NCBI GenBank assembly: GCA_038087875.1
Contig: CM075993.1
Location: 9,612,001 to 9,676,000, forward strand
Origin: Malacoraja senta
Taxonomy: Eukaryota
DNA length: 64,000 nucleotides
Direction: 5' to 3'
Each line of letters begins with the position of its first letter. The stretch's first letter is position 1. Below, piece by piece: positions 1 through 12,065 of this stretch. The notes beneath the pieces are model-generated. The model did not search any database. It saw nothing but the letters and a program-made list of their open reading frames with translations, and was not told where the DNA came from. A program made the position numbers and the translations under genes.

Positions 1-634
1 AAACATTGTAATTGTACTGACCTGTACAGCTTCCTTGGCAGCTCCTTCCATAGACCCTCTGTGTGAAGTTGCCCCTTAGATCCCTTTAAATCTTTCCCCT
101 CTGTGGCAATCTCAGGATTACCCGAGCAGCTCAATCTATGCCTCTGTGTGTGGCTGCAGTCCCTCATGTCCATGGGCTGGAAGAAGCTCCGGCCACTCAG
201 TCTTAGCCTGAGACTACTTGATTAGTGCGGGTGTCAAGGGTCATGGGGCGAAGGCAGGAGAATGGGGTTAGGAGGGAGAGATAGATCAGCCACGATACAG
301 AACAGAACAGCCATAGACTTGATGGGCCAAATGGCCTAATTCTGCTCCAATTACTTATGACCTTATGACACGTCTGTTAAATTCCATCAGGTGAGGTATA
401 ATAAATATTAAAATGATATTTTAAAGCAGTCAGTGGGAAAATGTTACAGTCTTTAGCATGAAATTACCACTCTTGCCGATAAATAGGAACTAGTGAGAAA
501 TGAGAAGTGACCAGTTGAATATCAAAGGGGATGTATAACTCCTGTAAAGTAGCCCCGTGGTGATTAGTATTGTAATAACTATTTTTTCCCTCTCGTGTAT
601 GAATCATGTCAATTTTCTTCTAAACCATTTATAG

Positions 635-973
635 CAGAAAAACAGAATGAGGTTGGACTGCGCCGTAGTTGGAGGAAAGCAGGACAAAACACTCCACAAT
701 GGAACGAGTGCCTGTGTTCTGATCGTGATGGCGGTACATCACCACCATGCTGCTGTGTGTCAACATCAGAAAGCTCAGAAAATCAGGCTGGCTCAGCCGA
801 GCAGAACGAAAATTCTTGCCACTTGGACAAGCTGGAGGATGTCCATTGTGATAGCCAATACCGTAAGCTTTTAAAAACTGTAGCATGCAACTCCCTTATC
901 CGGCTGCAGCAAGGTGGAGAACCTACGTCCAACTCCGGATCAACACCTGCAACAACAAGTCCAACAAATGGCG
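635..973 (+). CDS. Putative extracellular/stalk exon (Cys-rich, then Ser/Thr/Pro-rich) of an unnamed type I membrane protein
   Basis: Acceptor ttttcttctaaaccatttatag at 634; donor gtaagc at 974 (alternative gtaagc at 863). Open in the frame of ORF 595..987, phase 1-1, compatible with the next exon. Ends in PTSNSGSTPATTSPTNG. Boundaries uncertain. Confidence 0.45.
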
Positions 974-1547
974 GTAAGCATGAATAAAAGATTCAATCAC
1001 AGAGTGAGCAGTTGCATCCATTATAATTTGATTCAATATCCTTCACTCTTGTCCCATTCCAGATTCCAACTTGCCCAGAGACCAGGGACTATAAATATTT
1101 ATTTAAGTTTATTTTGTCACGTGTACCAAAGTACAGTGAAGAGCTTTTGTTTGCGTGCTATCCCGTCAAAGATACATGATTACAATCAAGCCGTCCACAG
1201 TTCACAAATAAAGGGAACTGTAGCGGCTCCTAGTACTTGGTTCTTGGTTTCTTGGTCCTCCAAAATATTCCAAATGGAATTTAAACTGGAGGTGGCCTGG
1301 GTAATGTCAAACCCTCGCTATTGGCTGGCGCGGTCACGTGAGCGCGGGAGCGTTTTTCACGTTTTTTTTGGCAAACCATTCATTCGAGCTCCACGCGGTT
1401 CGAGTGAGCTTCGTTAATTTTGGCTGTGTTATATCGACTCGGGTAATCGCTTTATTTTCGTTTAAAAATAAAGAACTTTGTTATACCCGACTGTCTCGAT
1501 TCGCCAAAGTACAGCATTTAGTTCAAAGACGTTGAAATCTGATAAAG

Positions 1548-1825
1548 TTTAGTTTAGTTTAGAGATACAGCGTAGAAGCAGGCCCTTCGGCCCACCAAGT
1601 CCACACTGGCTAACGGTCAACCATTCACACTAGGTCTATCCTACACACTGGGGACAATTTACAGAGGCCAATTAACCTACAAACCCACACGTGTTTGGAA
1701 TGTGGGAGGAAACCGGAGCACGGCCACAGGGAGAACGTACAAACTTTGTACAGACAGCACCCGCAGTCAGAATCGAACCTGGGTCCGAGGTGTTGTAAGG
1801 CAGCAACTCTACTGCTGCACCACTG
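1548..1825 (-). mobile_element. tRNA-derived V-SINE (HE1-like)
   Basis: tRNA-like head, V-domain (gtacgttctccc…ccggtttcctcccaca) and (taaac)n tail on the minus strand. Many similar copies in the window. Confidence 0.75.
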
Positions 1826-1994
1826 AGTCGCTCCAAGCATGACTAAAGATAGTTTAACGGTCTCCAATGAGGTAGAGAGGTTGTCAGGACTGTACTCTAG
1901 CCGATGGGAGGATTTATGTAGTTGCCTGATTACAGCTGTGAAGAAAGGCTCGGAGGTGTTGTGAACTGAACCTGACATTAACTCTGTTCTGCAG

Positions 1995-2129
1995 AATGGA
2001 AAAAATCATCTCACAGGATCATTCTAATCTGTGTGGTTGTGCCAATTTGCATTATTGGGCTGATTTGCATTGTCGCTAGAATTTGCAAAGTTAAAAGGAA
2101 AAGAAATAGGAAATCGAAAGAAACCAAAG
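1995..2129 (+). CDS. Transmembrane exon of the unnamed membrane protein
   Basis: ctgttctgcag acceptor, gtaagg donor, 135 nt, phase 1-1. Translates EWKKSSHR-IILICVVVPICIIGLICIVA-RICKVKRKRNRKSKETK: a hydrophobic helix followed by a basic stop-transfer. Confidence 0.75.
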
Positions 2130-2236
2130 GTAAGGAAGAGTGTAGCATTTTTGCTTTATTTTTAGAAAATTGTGTTTAAGGGCAGGTTCCTTACAAAGAT
2201 TTCAAAATGCATCTCTCCTATCTCATTGCATGCATG

Positions 2237-2264
2237 GTGATGGACTCAAAGCACCGGACCCAAG
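2237..2264 (+). CDS. Small cytoplasmic exon (GDGLKAPDP), 5' boundary uncertain
   Basis: Donor caag|gtaggg at 2265. This exon is required to convert phase 1 to phase 2. The acceptor is either non-canonical catg at 2236 or cag at 2185 (both in frame). Confidence 0.5.
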
Positions 2265-2355
2265 GTAGGGATGGACTTCATTCACTTTTGCGCAGTTTTT
2301 GTCTGCTTTTGCTCATTTTGATAAATGTTCACAAGTTGCATTCCTTCAACTCCAG

Positions 2356-2390
2356 GGCTGCTGATGTCCCAGTGATGGCAGAGACTGAGG
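2356..2390 (+). CDS. Small cytoplasmic exon (RAADVPVMAETE)
   Basis: ttccttcaactccag acceptor, gtaagt donor, 35 nt, phase 2-1. Confidence 0.65.
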
Positions 2391-2478
2391 GTAAGTCACA
2401 AACATTTCGACCTGCTTTTCTGAGTTGATCTAGTAATTTGAAGCTAAACGCACATTGTCCTCTCGGCTCTCGGTCTAG

Positions 2479-2638
2479 GTGCCCTGCATAATGCGGTACC
2501 CAGGAGGAAAGAGGAAGACAACGGCCAAGTGGCATACTCAGTGACAAAGGTTCAGGTAGAAAGGTCTGGCGAAGGGAGAGTCAGCATTTATTCTGCGGAG
2601 CATGTGTACTGCTACATCAAAGATCCAGTGGCAACAGG
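2479..2638 (+). CDS. Cytoplasmic exon with Tyr motifs (…QVAYSVTK…SIYSAEHVYCYIKDP…)
   Basis: ctctcggtctag acceptor, gtaagg donor, 160 nt, open, phase 1-2. Confidence 0.7.
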
Positions 2639-3539
2639 GTAAGGAGCAAGGCAGTGTTCACGGCCAAAAAAACCTCAACTCTAACGCTTCTTTTTGACAT
2701 AGAGTATTATAAAGTTATTAATGGGATGGAGATTATCGGTATCTCAATCGTAGGTTCTCCAAAGTAGAAGGCAACTCGGGTTTCTACTTTGGCTATCAGA
2801 TCATGGAGGTTGAAGGGAGACCAAAGAAGAGTATATGACATTATGAGAAATATAGATAGGATAGACAGTCAGAACCTTTTTCCCAAGGTGGAAACATCAC
2901 AGACTGGAGGGTAAGGCTTTAAAGTAGGAGCAGCAAAGTTTAAAGGCGATGGACAAGGCAAGTTTTTTTGCAGGGAGTGGAGGATGTCCAGAACATGCTG
3001 CCAGGAATGGTGATGGAGGCAGATATGATAGAGGCATTTAAGGGGCTTTCAGATAGGCACATGGATATGCAGGGAAAGGAGGGATATAGATCATGTGCAG
3101 GCAGAACAGGTTAGTTTAAATGTTTCATGTTCGGCACTGACAATGTGCAACAAAGAACCTGTTGCTGTGTTGTACTATTCTGTGCCCTACGTTCTATGGC
3201 CATCCTCTAGAGGGTTGTAGAGCTGTACAACAAGATGGCAATCTCCTTGCACCACTTCATCCATGCCAACCAAGTGCCCAATGGGTGAGTCCCCATAGTC
3301 TACACCTGGCCCAAAACCCTCCTCTACATGTCATTATTGTACCCACCTCTACTACTTTCTCTGGAGGGCCATTCCATAGATGCACCATCTTCTGTGTAAA
3401 AATATAATAGCCCTCTGGACCTTTTAAATCTTTCTCCACTCATCTTAAACCTATGCTCTATAGTTTTAGGTCTTGTCGGACAGAGAGATCAGTGTGGAGA
3501 ATACAAACATGCTCGGGTAGTTTGAGCTTGAGAGGTTTG

Positions 3540-4330
3540 AGGTTGGTAGTTTGAGCTTTGTACGCGGCATGTCATGTCTTACTAATGTGATTGAGTTTTT
3601 TGAGGAAGTGACAAATGAGATTGATCAGGGAAGGGCAGTGGATGTTGTATACATGGATCTTAATAAGGCTTTTAATAAGGTCCGTCATATAATACATATA
3701 TTAAGATGTATGAGACTCATGATGACTTGATCTTATGGATTCTGAACTGGCCTCTTCATAGAAGACAGAGGATTGTAGTGGAAGATAGATATTCTGGCTG
3801 GAGGTCTGTGACCAGTGGAGTATCGCGAGAATCTGTGCTGGGACCTCTACTGTCCGTGATATATATCACTGACCTGGACATAAGTGTAGATTACGTGGTA
3901 AATGTAGATTATGCACGTTGGTGAGTAAATTTTCTGATGAACCCAAAATTGTAAGAGTTGCAAACAGTGAGGATGTCAGAAGATACAGCAGGATATAGAT
4001 CAGCAGCAGAAATGGGCAGAGAAATGGCAGATGAAGTCTAATGGGCGGATGAAACTGCAGATGAGGTGTGGCACTTTGGGAGGTAGAATTTAAGGGGAAA
4101 ATATAATTATTGTCAAGATCCATAAAAGCATTGAAGTGCAGAGGGATCTTCGAATCCAAGTTCATAGCTCACTGAAGGTGGCAGCACAAGTAGATAGGGA
4201 GTTAACGACATACAGTATGGTATGCTTGGCTTCATTGCGAGAGGCATTGAATATAAGAGTCAGGAAGTCATGATATACAGTAGGTCTAAATGACTTTGGT
4301 TAGGGGTATTTGAAGTATTGTGTGTAATTC
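3540..4330 (+). mobile_element. CR1-type LINE RT fragment, degenerate
   Basis: Translates to WRSVTSGVSRESVLGPLL, a CR1 RT-like segment, with many stops. Confidence 0.7.
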
Positions 4331-5041
4331 ACCAAAATCACCAATTTTAGTGTTGTCTGAAAATGTACTAACCATGCAAATTACATTCACATCCAAATCA
4401 TTGACATAAATAACAACAGTGGAACCACCACCGATTCTGGTGGCACACCATTTATTCCAGGCCTCCAGTCTGAAAAGTAATTCGCTACCCCCACCTGTCA
4501 CCTATCCAAGACAGTTTTGTATCCCATTTAGTAGCTCATCATGGATCTCGTGTGATCTAACCTTCCAGACTAGTCTTCCATTTGGCACTTGTCAAAAGGC
4601 CTTGCTAGAGTATCTGGGGATTATGTTTACTGTGCTGCCCTCAGAGGGAGAGAGGGAGAGAGACAGAGAAAGACAGAAAGTGACAATGCTCGAGGTAGGA
4701 AAGACAAGAGAGGAGAAAAAGTGAGAGCAGGTACAAAGAGAAAGGAGAGACAATTAGTGAATGAGAAATTGAGCGAATGAGAGATAGAGGCAACAAGAGA
4801 TAGGAACAGAGGGGGAGAAGGGAGTATCAGAAGTGAAAGAGAGCAAAATCACACACATGAGAGAGACGGAAGGCAAACAGGGCTACGAAGAGTGGGTGAC
4901 AGAGAAAGCTACGTCGGAAGTGAATGTGAGAACTTCACTCTGTATTGGATCAAAATCTAGATCTGGAAAAAAAAAAGACATAATTAAGTCTCCACGTTTA
5001 ATGTAATTGGAATGTCACTTAATTTATTTTCTGTTTCCTAG

Positions 5042-5076
5042 TGATGGAGCCAAAACAGAAATCCAGGGAGAAGGAA
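5042..5076 (+). CDS. Small cytoplasmic exon (GDGAKTEIQGEG)
   Basis: ttttctgtttcctag acceptor, gtaagt donor, 35 nt, phase 2-1. Confidence 0.7.
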
Positions 5077-5315
5077 GTAAGTATGGTGGCTCATTGTGTC
5101 TGTGTGTGTGTGTGTGTGTGTCTGTCTGTCTCCCTTCATGTTTGTCTCTCCCTATCTGCATCCATCTTGTGTTCTTCTGTTATTCTTTCCTGTTTAATAT
5201 AATCCCCATTGGCCAACCCTATGTCCTAAAGCTCTCCCACTTAGACCGTGCCTGTGGCCAGTCTCCTTCGCTTTCTCCAACCAGCTGGAAGTGATCTTCA
5301 TATCTTCATATCCAG

Positions 5316-5533
5316 GCAGAGACCCGGTGGATGCAGGTCAACAACCCAAAGCTTCTTCAGCAGTGGAGGAGACCCCGCATGGTCAGCAGCAGCCTGAGGA
5401 ACCTGCAGCCACGCCTGCTGACCAGGGGTATTCTGTGATCGGCCCCCAAGCTACAGGGACAGCGCACTCCCACCCGCGGGCAGAGCCCAGAGGTGGCTCT
5501 TTAGAGGACGAAGAAAATCCTGATCAGCCATAA
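5316..5533 (+). CDS. Terminal coding exon of the unnamed membrane protein (SRDPVDAGQ…QGYSVIGP…EDEENPDQP*)
   Basis: cttcatatccag acceptor, phase 1 matching the previous exon, TAA at 5531-5533, AATAAA at 5647. Confidence 0.7.
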
Positions 5534-5646
5534 GACGAGGATTCCTACACGTGACACCCAACAGAAGAGAGAAGATGGATAACCTGTGGGGTACAATTAC
5601 TTTGAATGTGCCCCACAGAAGCACAATGGTACCAGGTGTTTATTAC

Positions 5647-5652
5647 AATAAA
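5647..5652 (+). terminator. Putative polyadenylation signal of the unnamed gene
   Basis: AATAAA 114 nt after the stop codon. Confidence 0.5.
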
Positions 5653-5715
5653 AAAAGTGGGTTAGAAATTGAATTGTTGCATAGGATGAAGTGGTCTTAC
5701 AAGACTTTTATGTGA

Positions 5716-7630
5716 TATAGGAGCAGAATTAGGCCATTCGGCCTATCAAGTATACTCCGCCATTCAATCATGGCTAATCTATCTTTCCCTCCCAACCCCA
5801 TTCTCCTGCCATCTCCCCATAACTCCTGACACCCGTATTAATCAAGAATCTATCTATCTCTGCCTTAAAAATATCCATTGACTTGGCCTCCACAGCCTTT
5901 CACAGATTCACCACCCTCTGACTAAAGAAATTCCTCCTCATCTGCCTCCTAAAGGAACGTCCTTTAATTTTGAGGCTATGACCTCTGGTCCAAGATTCTC
6001 CCATTTGTGGAAACATCATCTCCACATCCACTATTCGGTAAATCTCAATGAGGTCACCCCTCATCCTTCTAAACTCCAGCAAGAAAAGGCCCAGTGCCTT
6101 CAAACACTCATCATATGTTAACCTACTCATTCCTGGGATCATTCTCGTAAACCTGGACCCTCTCCAGAGCCAGCACATCCTTCCTCGGATATGGAGCCCA
6201 AAATTGCTCACAATACTCCAAATGCGGCCTGATCAGTGCCTTATAGAGCCTCAGCATTACATCCCTCTTTGTGTATTCTTGTCCTCTTAAAATAATTGCT
6301 AGCACTGCGTTTAGCTTCCTTACTACCGATTTGACATTTTGGGAATCCTGCACCACATTCCCAAGTCCCTTGGCACGTCCTATTTCTGGATTCTCTCCCC
6401 ATTTAGAAAAATGTCTATGTTTTTATTCCTACCTCCAAAATGCATGACTCCACACTTTGCCACACTGTATTCCATCTTCCACTTCTCCGCCCACTCTCCC
6501 AACCTGTCCCAGTCCTTCTGCAGAGTCCCCACTTTCTCTACACTACCTGCCCCTCACCTATTTTCGTATTATCAGCAAACTTGGCCACAAAGCCTTCAAT
6601 CCCCTCATCCAAATCATTAATATACAGCGTGAAGAGTAGCGGCCCCAGCACCGACCCCTGCGGAACTCCGCTAGTCACTGGCAGCCAGCCCGGCAAAGCC
6701 TCCTTTATTGCCACACTTTGCCTTCTGCCATCCAGCCAACCTGCTATCCATGCTACTCTCTCCCCTTTGATACCGTGGGCTCTCATCTTCATTAGCAGCC
6801 TCACGTGCAGCACCTTATCAAATGCTTTCTGAAAATCTCGGTAAACATCTACTGACTCTCTTTTGTCTACCCTGCTATTTATTTCTTCAAAGAATTCCAG
6901 CAGATTCGCCAGGCAAGACGTCCCCTTTCAAAATTCCAGCAGATTCGCCAGGCAAGACCTCCCCTTTCCAAAGCCATGCTGACATTGGCCTGTTTTATCA
7001 TGAACTTCTAAGTGCTCCGTTTCCTCATCCTTTTTTATGGACTCTAAAATCTTACCAACCACCGCAGTCAGACTAGAGTTTCCACTCTTCTGCTTTGCTC
7101 CCTCCTTGTACAGCGAGGTAATATTTGCACTTTTCCAATCGTCTGGGACCTCTTCTGTCTCTAGTGATTCGTGAAATGTTACCATTAATGCCTCCACAAT
7201 CTCTAAAGCTGCCTCTTTCAGAACCCTGGGGCGCAGTCCATCCGGTCCAGGTGACTTATCTATCGTCAGATCTTTCAGTTTCCCAAGCACCTTCTCCTTA
7301 GTAATAGCCACTCCACTAACTTCCACCCCTGACTCTCTTGAACTTTAGGCACGTTGCAGGTGTCTTCCATCGTGAAGACTGATGCAAAAAAAATTATTCA
7401 CCTCCTCTGCCATTTCTTTATTCCCCATCACTTCTCCTGCATCAATTTCCAGCGGCCCAACGTCCACTCTTGCCTCTTTCTTGCTCTTTATATAACTGAA
7501 GAAACTCTTGCTATCCGCTTTTATATTATTGGCTAGCCTTACCTTCACATTTCATCTTTTCTCTCCGCATTGCCTTTTTAGTTACCTTCTGTTATTCTTT
7601 ACAAGCTTCCCAATCCTCCGGCTTCCCAGG
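5716..7630 (-). mobile_element. CR1-type LINE, 5'-truncated
   Basis: ORFs [40 protein letters not shown]…KFADNTK and RGHSLKI…FFSQRVVNL, plus a CR1 3' UTR. Confidence 0.85.
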
Positions 7631-8058
7631 TTTTCTGTGCCACTTTTGTACAAAGCCCTTGACAGTCTTTCTGTCACATTGTGTGTGTTTGTGTGTGTGT
7701 GCGTGCGTGTGTGTGTTGGCTTTCCTCACCCAAATCCACATTCCCCCCCCCTCCCCCGACCACCTGCCCCCCCCCCCCCTCCCCATTAGAGACACAAGGC
7801 AAGCTCCTACACACTTGGAGAGATAATCTTGCAGCTGGGGACGAGAGGGAGATAATAGATCTGCAGTGGTCGACCAGGCTGGATGGGCCAGATTGCTCTC
7901 TCCTGCTCCGAGCGTGATAAGACACAGGGAGACAATCTAGTCCACCCTTGTCCATGTTCTCCATAGCATCCTTGCTGAGATTGTGATGACCAGATTTGGA
8001 TGCAATAATCCAGGGATGTCCAAACCAGAACTTTACAAAAGTTCACTATTACATCTTT

Positions 8059-8368
8059 AGTTTAGATTAGTTTTGAGATACAGCGAGGAAACAGGCCCTT
8101 TGGCCCACTGGGTCCATGCCGACCAGAGTTCCCCACATATTAACACCATCTTACACACACTAAAGACAAGTTTTACATTTACCAAGCCAATTTACTTACA
8201 TACCTGTACTTCTTTGGTGTGTGGGCGGAACCCAAAGATCTTGGAGAAAACCAACGTGTCACGGGGAATACGTAAAACTCCGTACAGACAGCACCCGTGG
8301 TCGGGATCGAACCTGGGTCTCTGACGCTACAAGCGCTGTAAGGCAGCAACTCTACCGCTGCGCCACCT
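8059..8368 (-). mobile_element. V-SINE (HE1-like)
   Basis: Same head, V-domain and tail as the other copies. Confidence 0.75.
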
Positions 8369-8379
8369 CGATTGGACTG

Positions 8380-9150
8380 TAGATTCTGCCTGCTCTTGCG
8401 CCACTGCACTTATCTCCTTATACCTCAATTCTATCATGTCCCCTTGTCCAGTCGCTTTACATCTTGCAAGCCCTCCACCAGTGAGGGCCAACTTCCGATC
8501 CCTGGTCCCCACTGCCTCATCTTCACCATCATATACTCCTCCATCCCACAACAGGAAGGTCTTGGAGCCCTCCACTTCTTTCAGGAACAAAGATCCAACC
8601 ACTTCTGCACCAACACTCAGCCACCTTGCAGAACTAACCTGAACAACTCCTCTCACTTCCTGCAAATTAAAGATGCAGCCGTGGGCAAACTTGTGCCCGG
8701 AAATACCAGCTTTTTTTTACTGACAACATCGGACAGTACAGCTCATGAACAAGCCCTTAGGCCCACAATGTCTGTGTTGAACATGTTGCCATAACAAACG
8801 CTTATTTGCCTGCATATTATAAATCTTATCCCTCCATTCCCTGCATATCCATATGACTATCCAACATAGAACAGTCTTCGCTCTAAACTTACACTGGCAC
8901 CTCGCCCAATTCTTTCTCCATTACATTGCCAACTACATTAGTGCTGCCTCTTGCACCTGTGCAGAACTCATCATTTTTTTAACTTCCACCCTGCTCCAAA
9001 TTCACTTGGATCATTTCAGGCTGCTTATTCCCTTTTTGCGATCTCTCGGTCTCCATCTCAGTAGACATTCTATCCACTGAATTTATTGTAATCCCAGTGA
9101 ATTCCACAGCTACCTCAACGACACCTCCTCCCCGCTGTCTCCCACACCAT
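8380..9150 (+). mobile_element. Penelope-like element RT fragment, degenerate
   Basis: LYSSIPQQEGLGALHFFQEQRSN…NNSSHFLQIK resembles the PLE RT region (L(Y)TSIPHxxGLxALxxFL…FLQxxGxAMG). Confidence 0.6.
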
Positions 9151-9366
9151 CACACATTTCATCACATCAAATCTCCTAACGAGGCCTCCAACCTGATAGT
9201 GCCCAAACCCCGCACTTAAGAAACAAAATGCTGGAGTGACTCAGCGGGACAGGCAGCATCTCTGGAGAAAAGGAATGGGTGACGTTTCAGGTCGAGACCC
9301 CTGCCACCACTGCCGTGGTTGGACCGGTTTCTGTCTTCCTTTCTCCCAATTTTCCATCTCTCCCAC

Positions 9367-11275
9367 ATAGTCATAGAGTGATACAGTGTGGAATCAGGCC
9401 CTTCGGCCCAACTTACCCACACCGGCCAACAATGTCCCAGCTACACTAGTCCCACTTGCCTGTGTTTGGTCCATATCCCTCCAAACCTGTCCTATCCATG
9501 TACCTGTCTAACTGTTTCTTAAACGATGGGATAGTCCCAGCCTCAACTACCTCCTCTGGCAGCTTGTTCCATACACCCACCACCCTTTGTGTGAAAAAGT
9601 TACCTCTTGGATTCCTATTAAATCATTTCCCCTTCACCTTGAACCTATGTCCTCTGGTCCTCGATTCCCCTCTTGGCAAGAGACTCTGTGCATCTATCCG
9701 ATCTATTCCTCTCATGATTTTATACACCTCCATAAGATCTTCCCTCATCCTCCTGCGCTCCATGGAATAGAGACCCAGCCTACTCAACCTCTCCCTGTAG
9801 CTCACACCCTCTAGTCCTGGTAACATCCTTGTAAATCTTTTCTGAACCCTTTCAAGCTTGACAATATCTTTCCTGTAAAATGATGCCCTAGAACTGAACC
9901 CAATATTCTAAATGCGGTCTCACCAACGCCTTATGCAACTGCAACATGACCCCCCAACTTCTATACTCTGACTGATGAAGGCCAATATGCCAAAAGCTTT
10001 TATCTGACTTATCTGACTGCGACTCGACCTTCAAGGAACCATGCACCTGTACTCCTAAATCCCTCTGCTTTACAACACTACCCAGAGGCCTACCATTTAC
10101 TATGTGGACGTCCTGCCCTTGTTCGACGCCCCAAAATGCAACACCTCACACTTCTCTGCATTAAATTGCATCAACCATTCCTCCGCCCACCTGGCCAATT
10201 GATCCAGATCCTGCTGCAATCTTTCACAACCATCTTCACTATCTGCAAAACCACTCATTTTTGTATCATCAGCAAATTGCCCTATATGTTCTCATCCAAA
10301 TCATTGATGCAGATGACAAACAGTAACGGGCCTTGCAACGAACCTTGAGGCACACCACTAGTCACAGGCCTCCAGTCTGAGAAGCAACCTTCCACCATCA
10401 CCCTCTGCTTCCTTCCATGGAGCCAATTTGCTATCTGTAGATTGGTTATTTCCTACTTGTAGTGCCAATTGTAGTGCTTGTTAGTAGTGGCTTTGCCTAA
10501 TATGTGTTTTATATTAACAAGAGCTTGCCTACACCATTCAGTATGAGTAGCTGCTAGGAACTGTAATGTCCTGCAGATCGATGCTGTAAGTAGATTTAAT
10601 AAACATGTGTTGTAGTTTGATATGTGTTTGACTCGACTCATTACACTATCCATTCAGTTATCTCTCCTTGGATCCCATGCCATCTAACAGAGCAGCCTAC
10701 CATGAGGAACCTTGGCGAATGCCTTACTAAAATCCATGTACACTTCTAGAACTCTGCCCTCATCGACCTTTTTGGTCACGTCTTCAAAAAAATTCAATCA
10801 GATTTGTGAGACACGACCTCCCTCGTACAAAACCATGCTGACAATCCCTAATCAGCCCTTGCCCATCCAAATGCCTGTATAACCTATCCCTCAAAATACT
10901 CTCCAGTAACTTTCCAACTACAGATGCTAAGCTCACCGGCCTATAGTTCCCAGCATTTTCCCCGCAGCCCTTCTTGAAAAAAGGCACAACATTTGCCACC
11001 CTCCAGTCTTCCGGCACCTCTCCTGTATTTAAGGACGACTCGTAAATTTCAACCAGTGCTCCCGCAATTTCCTCTCTAGTTTCCCGCAATGTCCTCGGAT
11101 ATATCTGATCAGGCGCTGGAGATTTGTCTACCTTCATACACGACAGTACCTTCAGTACTTCTTCAACGGTAACACTGACTGCTCTTCCATTGACTGCCCC
11201 AAAGTTCCACCAACCTACTGTCTTTCTCCTCTGTAAATGCAGAGGAGAAATACTCATTGAGGACCTTGCCCATTT
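9367..11275 (-). mobile_element. CR1-type LINE fragment with a nested solo LTR
   Basis: KSPAPDQIYPRTL…NYRPVSL…HGFVRGRSCLTNLIEFF and a CR1 3' end. Confidence 0.85.
10436..10645 (+). mobile_element. Solo LTR, 210 bp
   Basis: Starts TGTA, ends TACA, flanked by CTATC on both sides (10431-10435, 10646-10650), internal AATAAA at 10598. It interrupts a CR1. Confidence 0.75.
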
Positions 11276-11309
11276 GCTCTCTATAGGAAGTTTTCCATTC
11301 CCGGTCATC

Positions 11310-12065
11310 CAAAATGTCCTTTTTCTGAAAATGTGGCTTCCGCTCTACTGTGCTTATCGGGACATGGTCTCACATCTCCTCTATTTTCAGGACGTCTGCT
11401 CTTACCCTACCTCCCTTCAGACAGAATAGATTTCTCCAAGGCCATACCTTTAATCCCACCAGCCTGCACATTCCTTTCTACAATGAGACCACACCAGCCA
11501 CATCTTTCGTCCTTTCACAGGGTCCAGCCCCCACCCCCCCATGACGACCTGGTCTATTCATCCCTCTCCTCCCACCCCTCCTTGACCGCTGGCACTTTCC
11601 CCTGCCAACTGCAAGACTTAGTTACACTTCCTCCTTCAAATCCATCCAGAGACTCAGCCCTTCTAGTGAGGCCAAGATTTACGTGCACCTTCTCCAACCT
11701 CATTTACTGCATTTGTTGTTCCCGATGTGACCTCTTCATTGAGGACTCAAAGTACAGACGGGGTCTAATTTGCTGTGCTCCTGGGCTCTGTCCTCAGAAA
11801 CCATCCTGAACTCCCGGAGGCATGCCACCATCTCCCCATCCCATTCTAGCACCGGCCTGTCCAGCCTTCTCCACTGCCAGGGCACAATATATAGAACATT
11901 GCCCTCACAATCCACCTATTTCTGTCCTTCTGACTCACACCCTTCAGATGCACCTCCAGTTTCTGTCCCTGCTTATTACTCTCTTCACTGCCCTGAAACA
12001 TCACTTATCCATGTTCTCAGGAGATGCTGCCTGACCTGCTGAGTGACTCCAGCATTTTGTGTCAT
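11310..12065 (+). mobile_element. Penelope-like element 3' fragment (GIY-YIG endonuclease region plus terminal repeat)
   Basis: VRPRFTCTFSNLIYCICCSRCDLFIEDSKYRRG matches the PLE GIY-YIG pattern (FTCxSxNxIYxIxCxxC..YIGET.R.L). It is followed by the gatgctgcctgacctgctgag repeat. Confidence 0.7.

Noticed and set aside
2356..5076. Two 35-nt phase 2-1 exons as a mutually exclusive pair
   Set aside because: The phase 1-2 exon at 2479-2638 links them, so all can be included constitutively.
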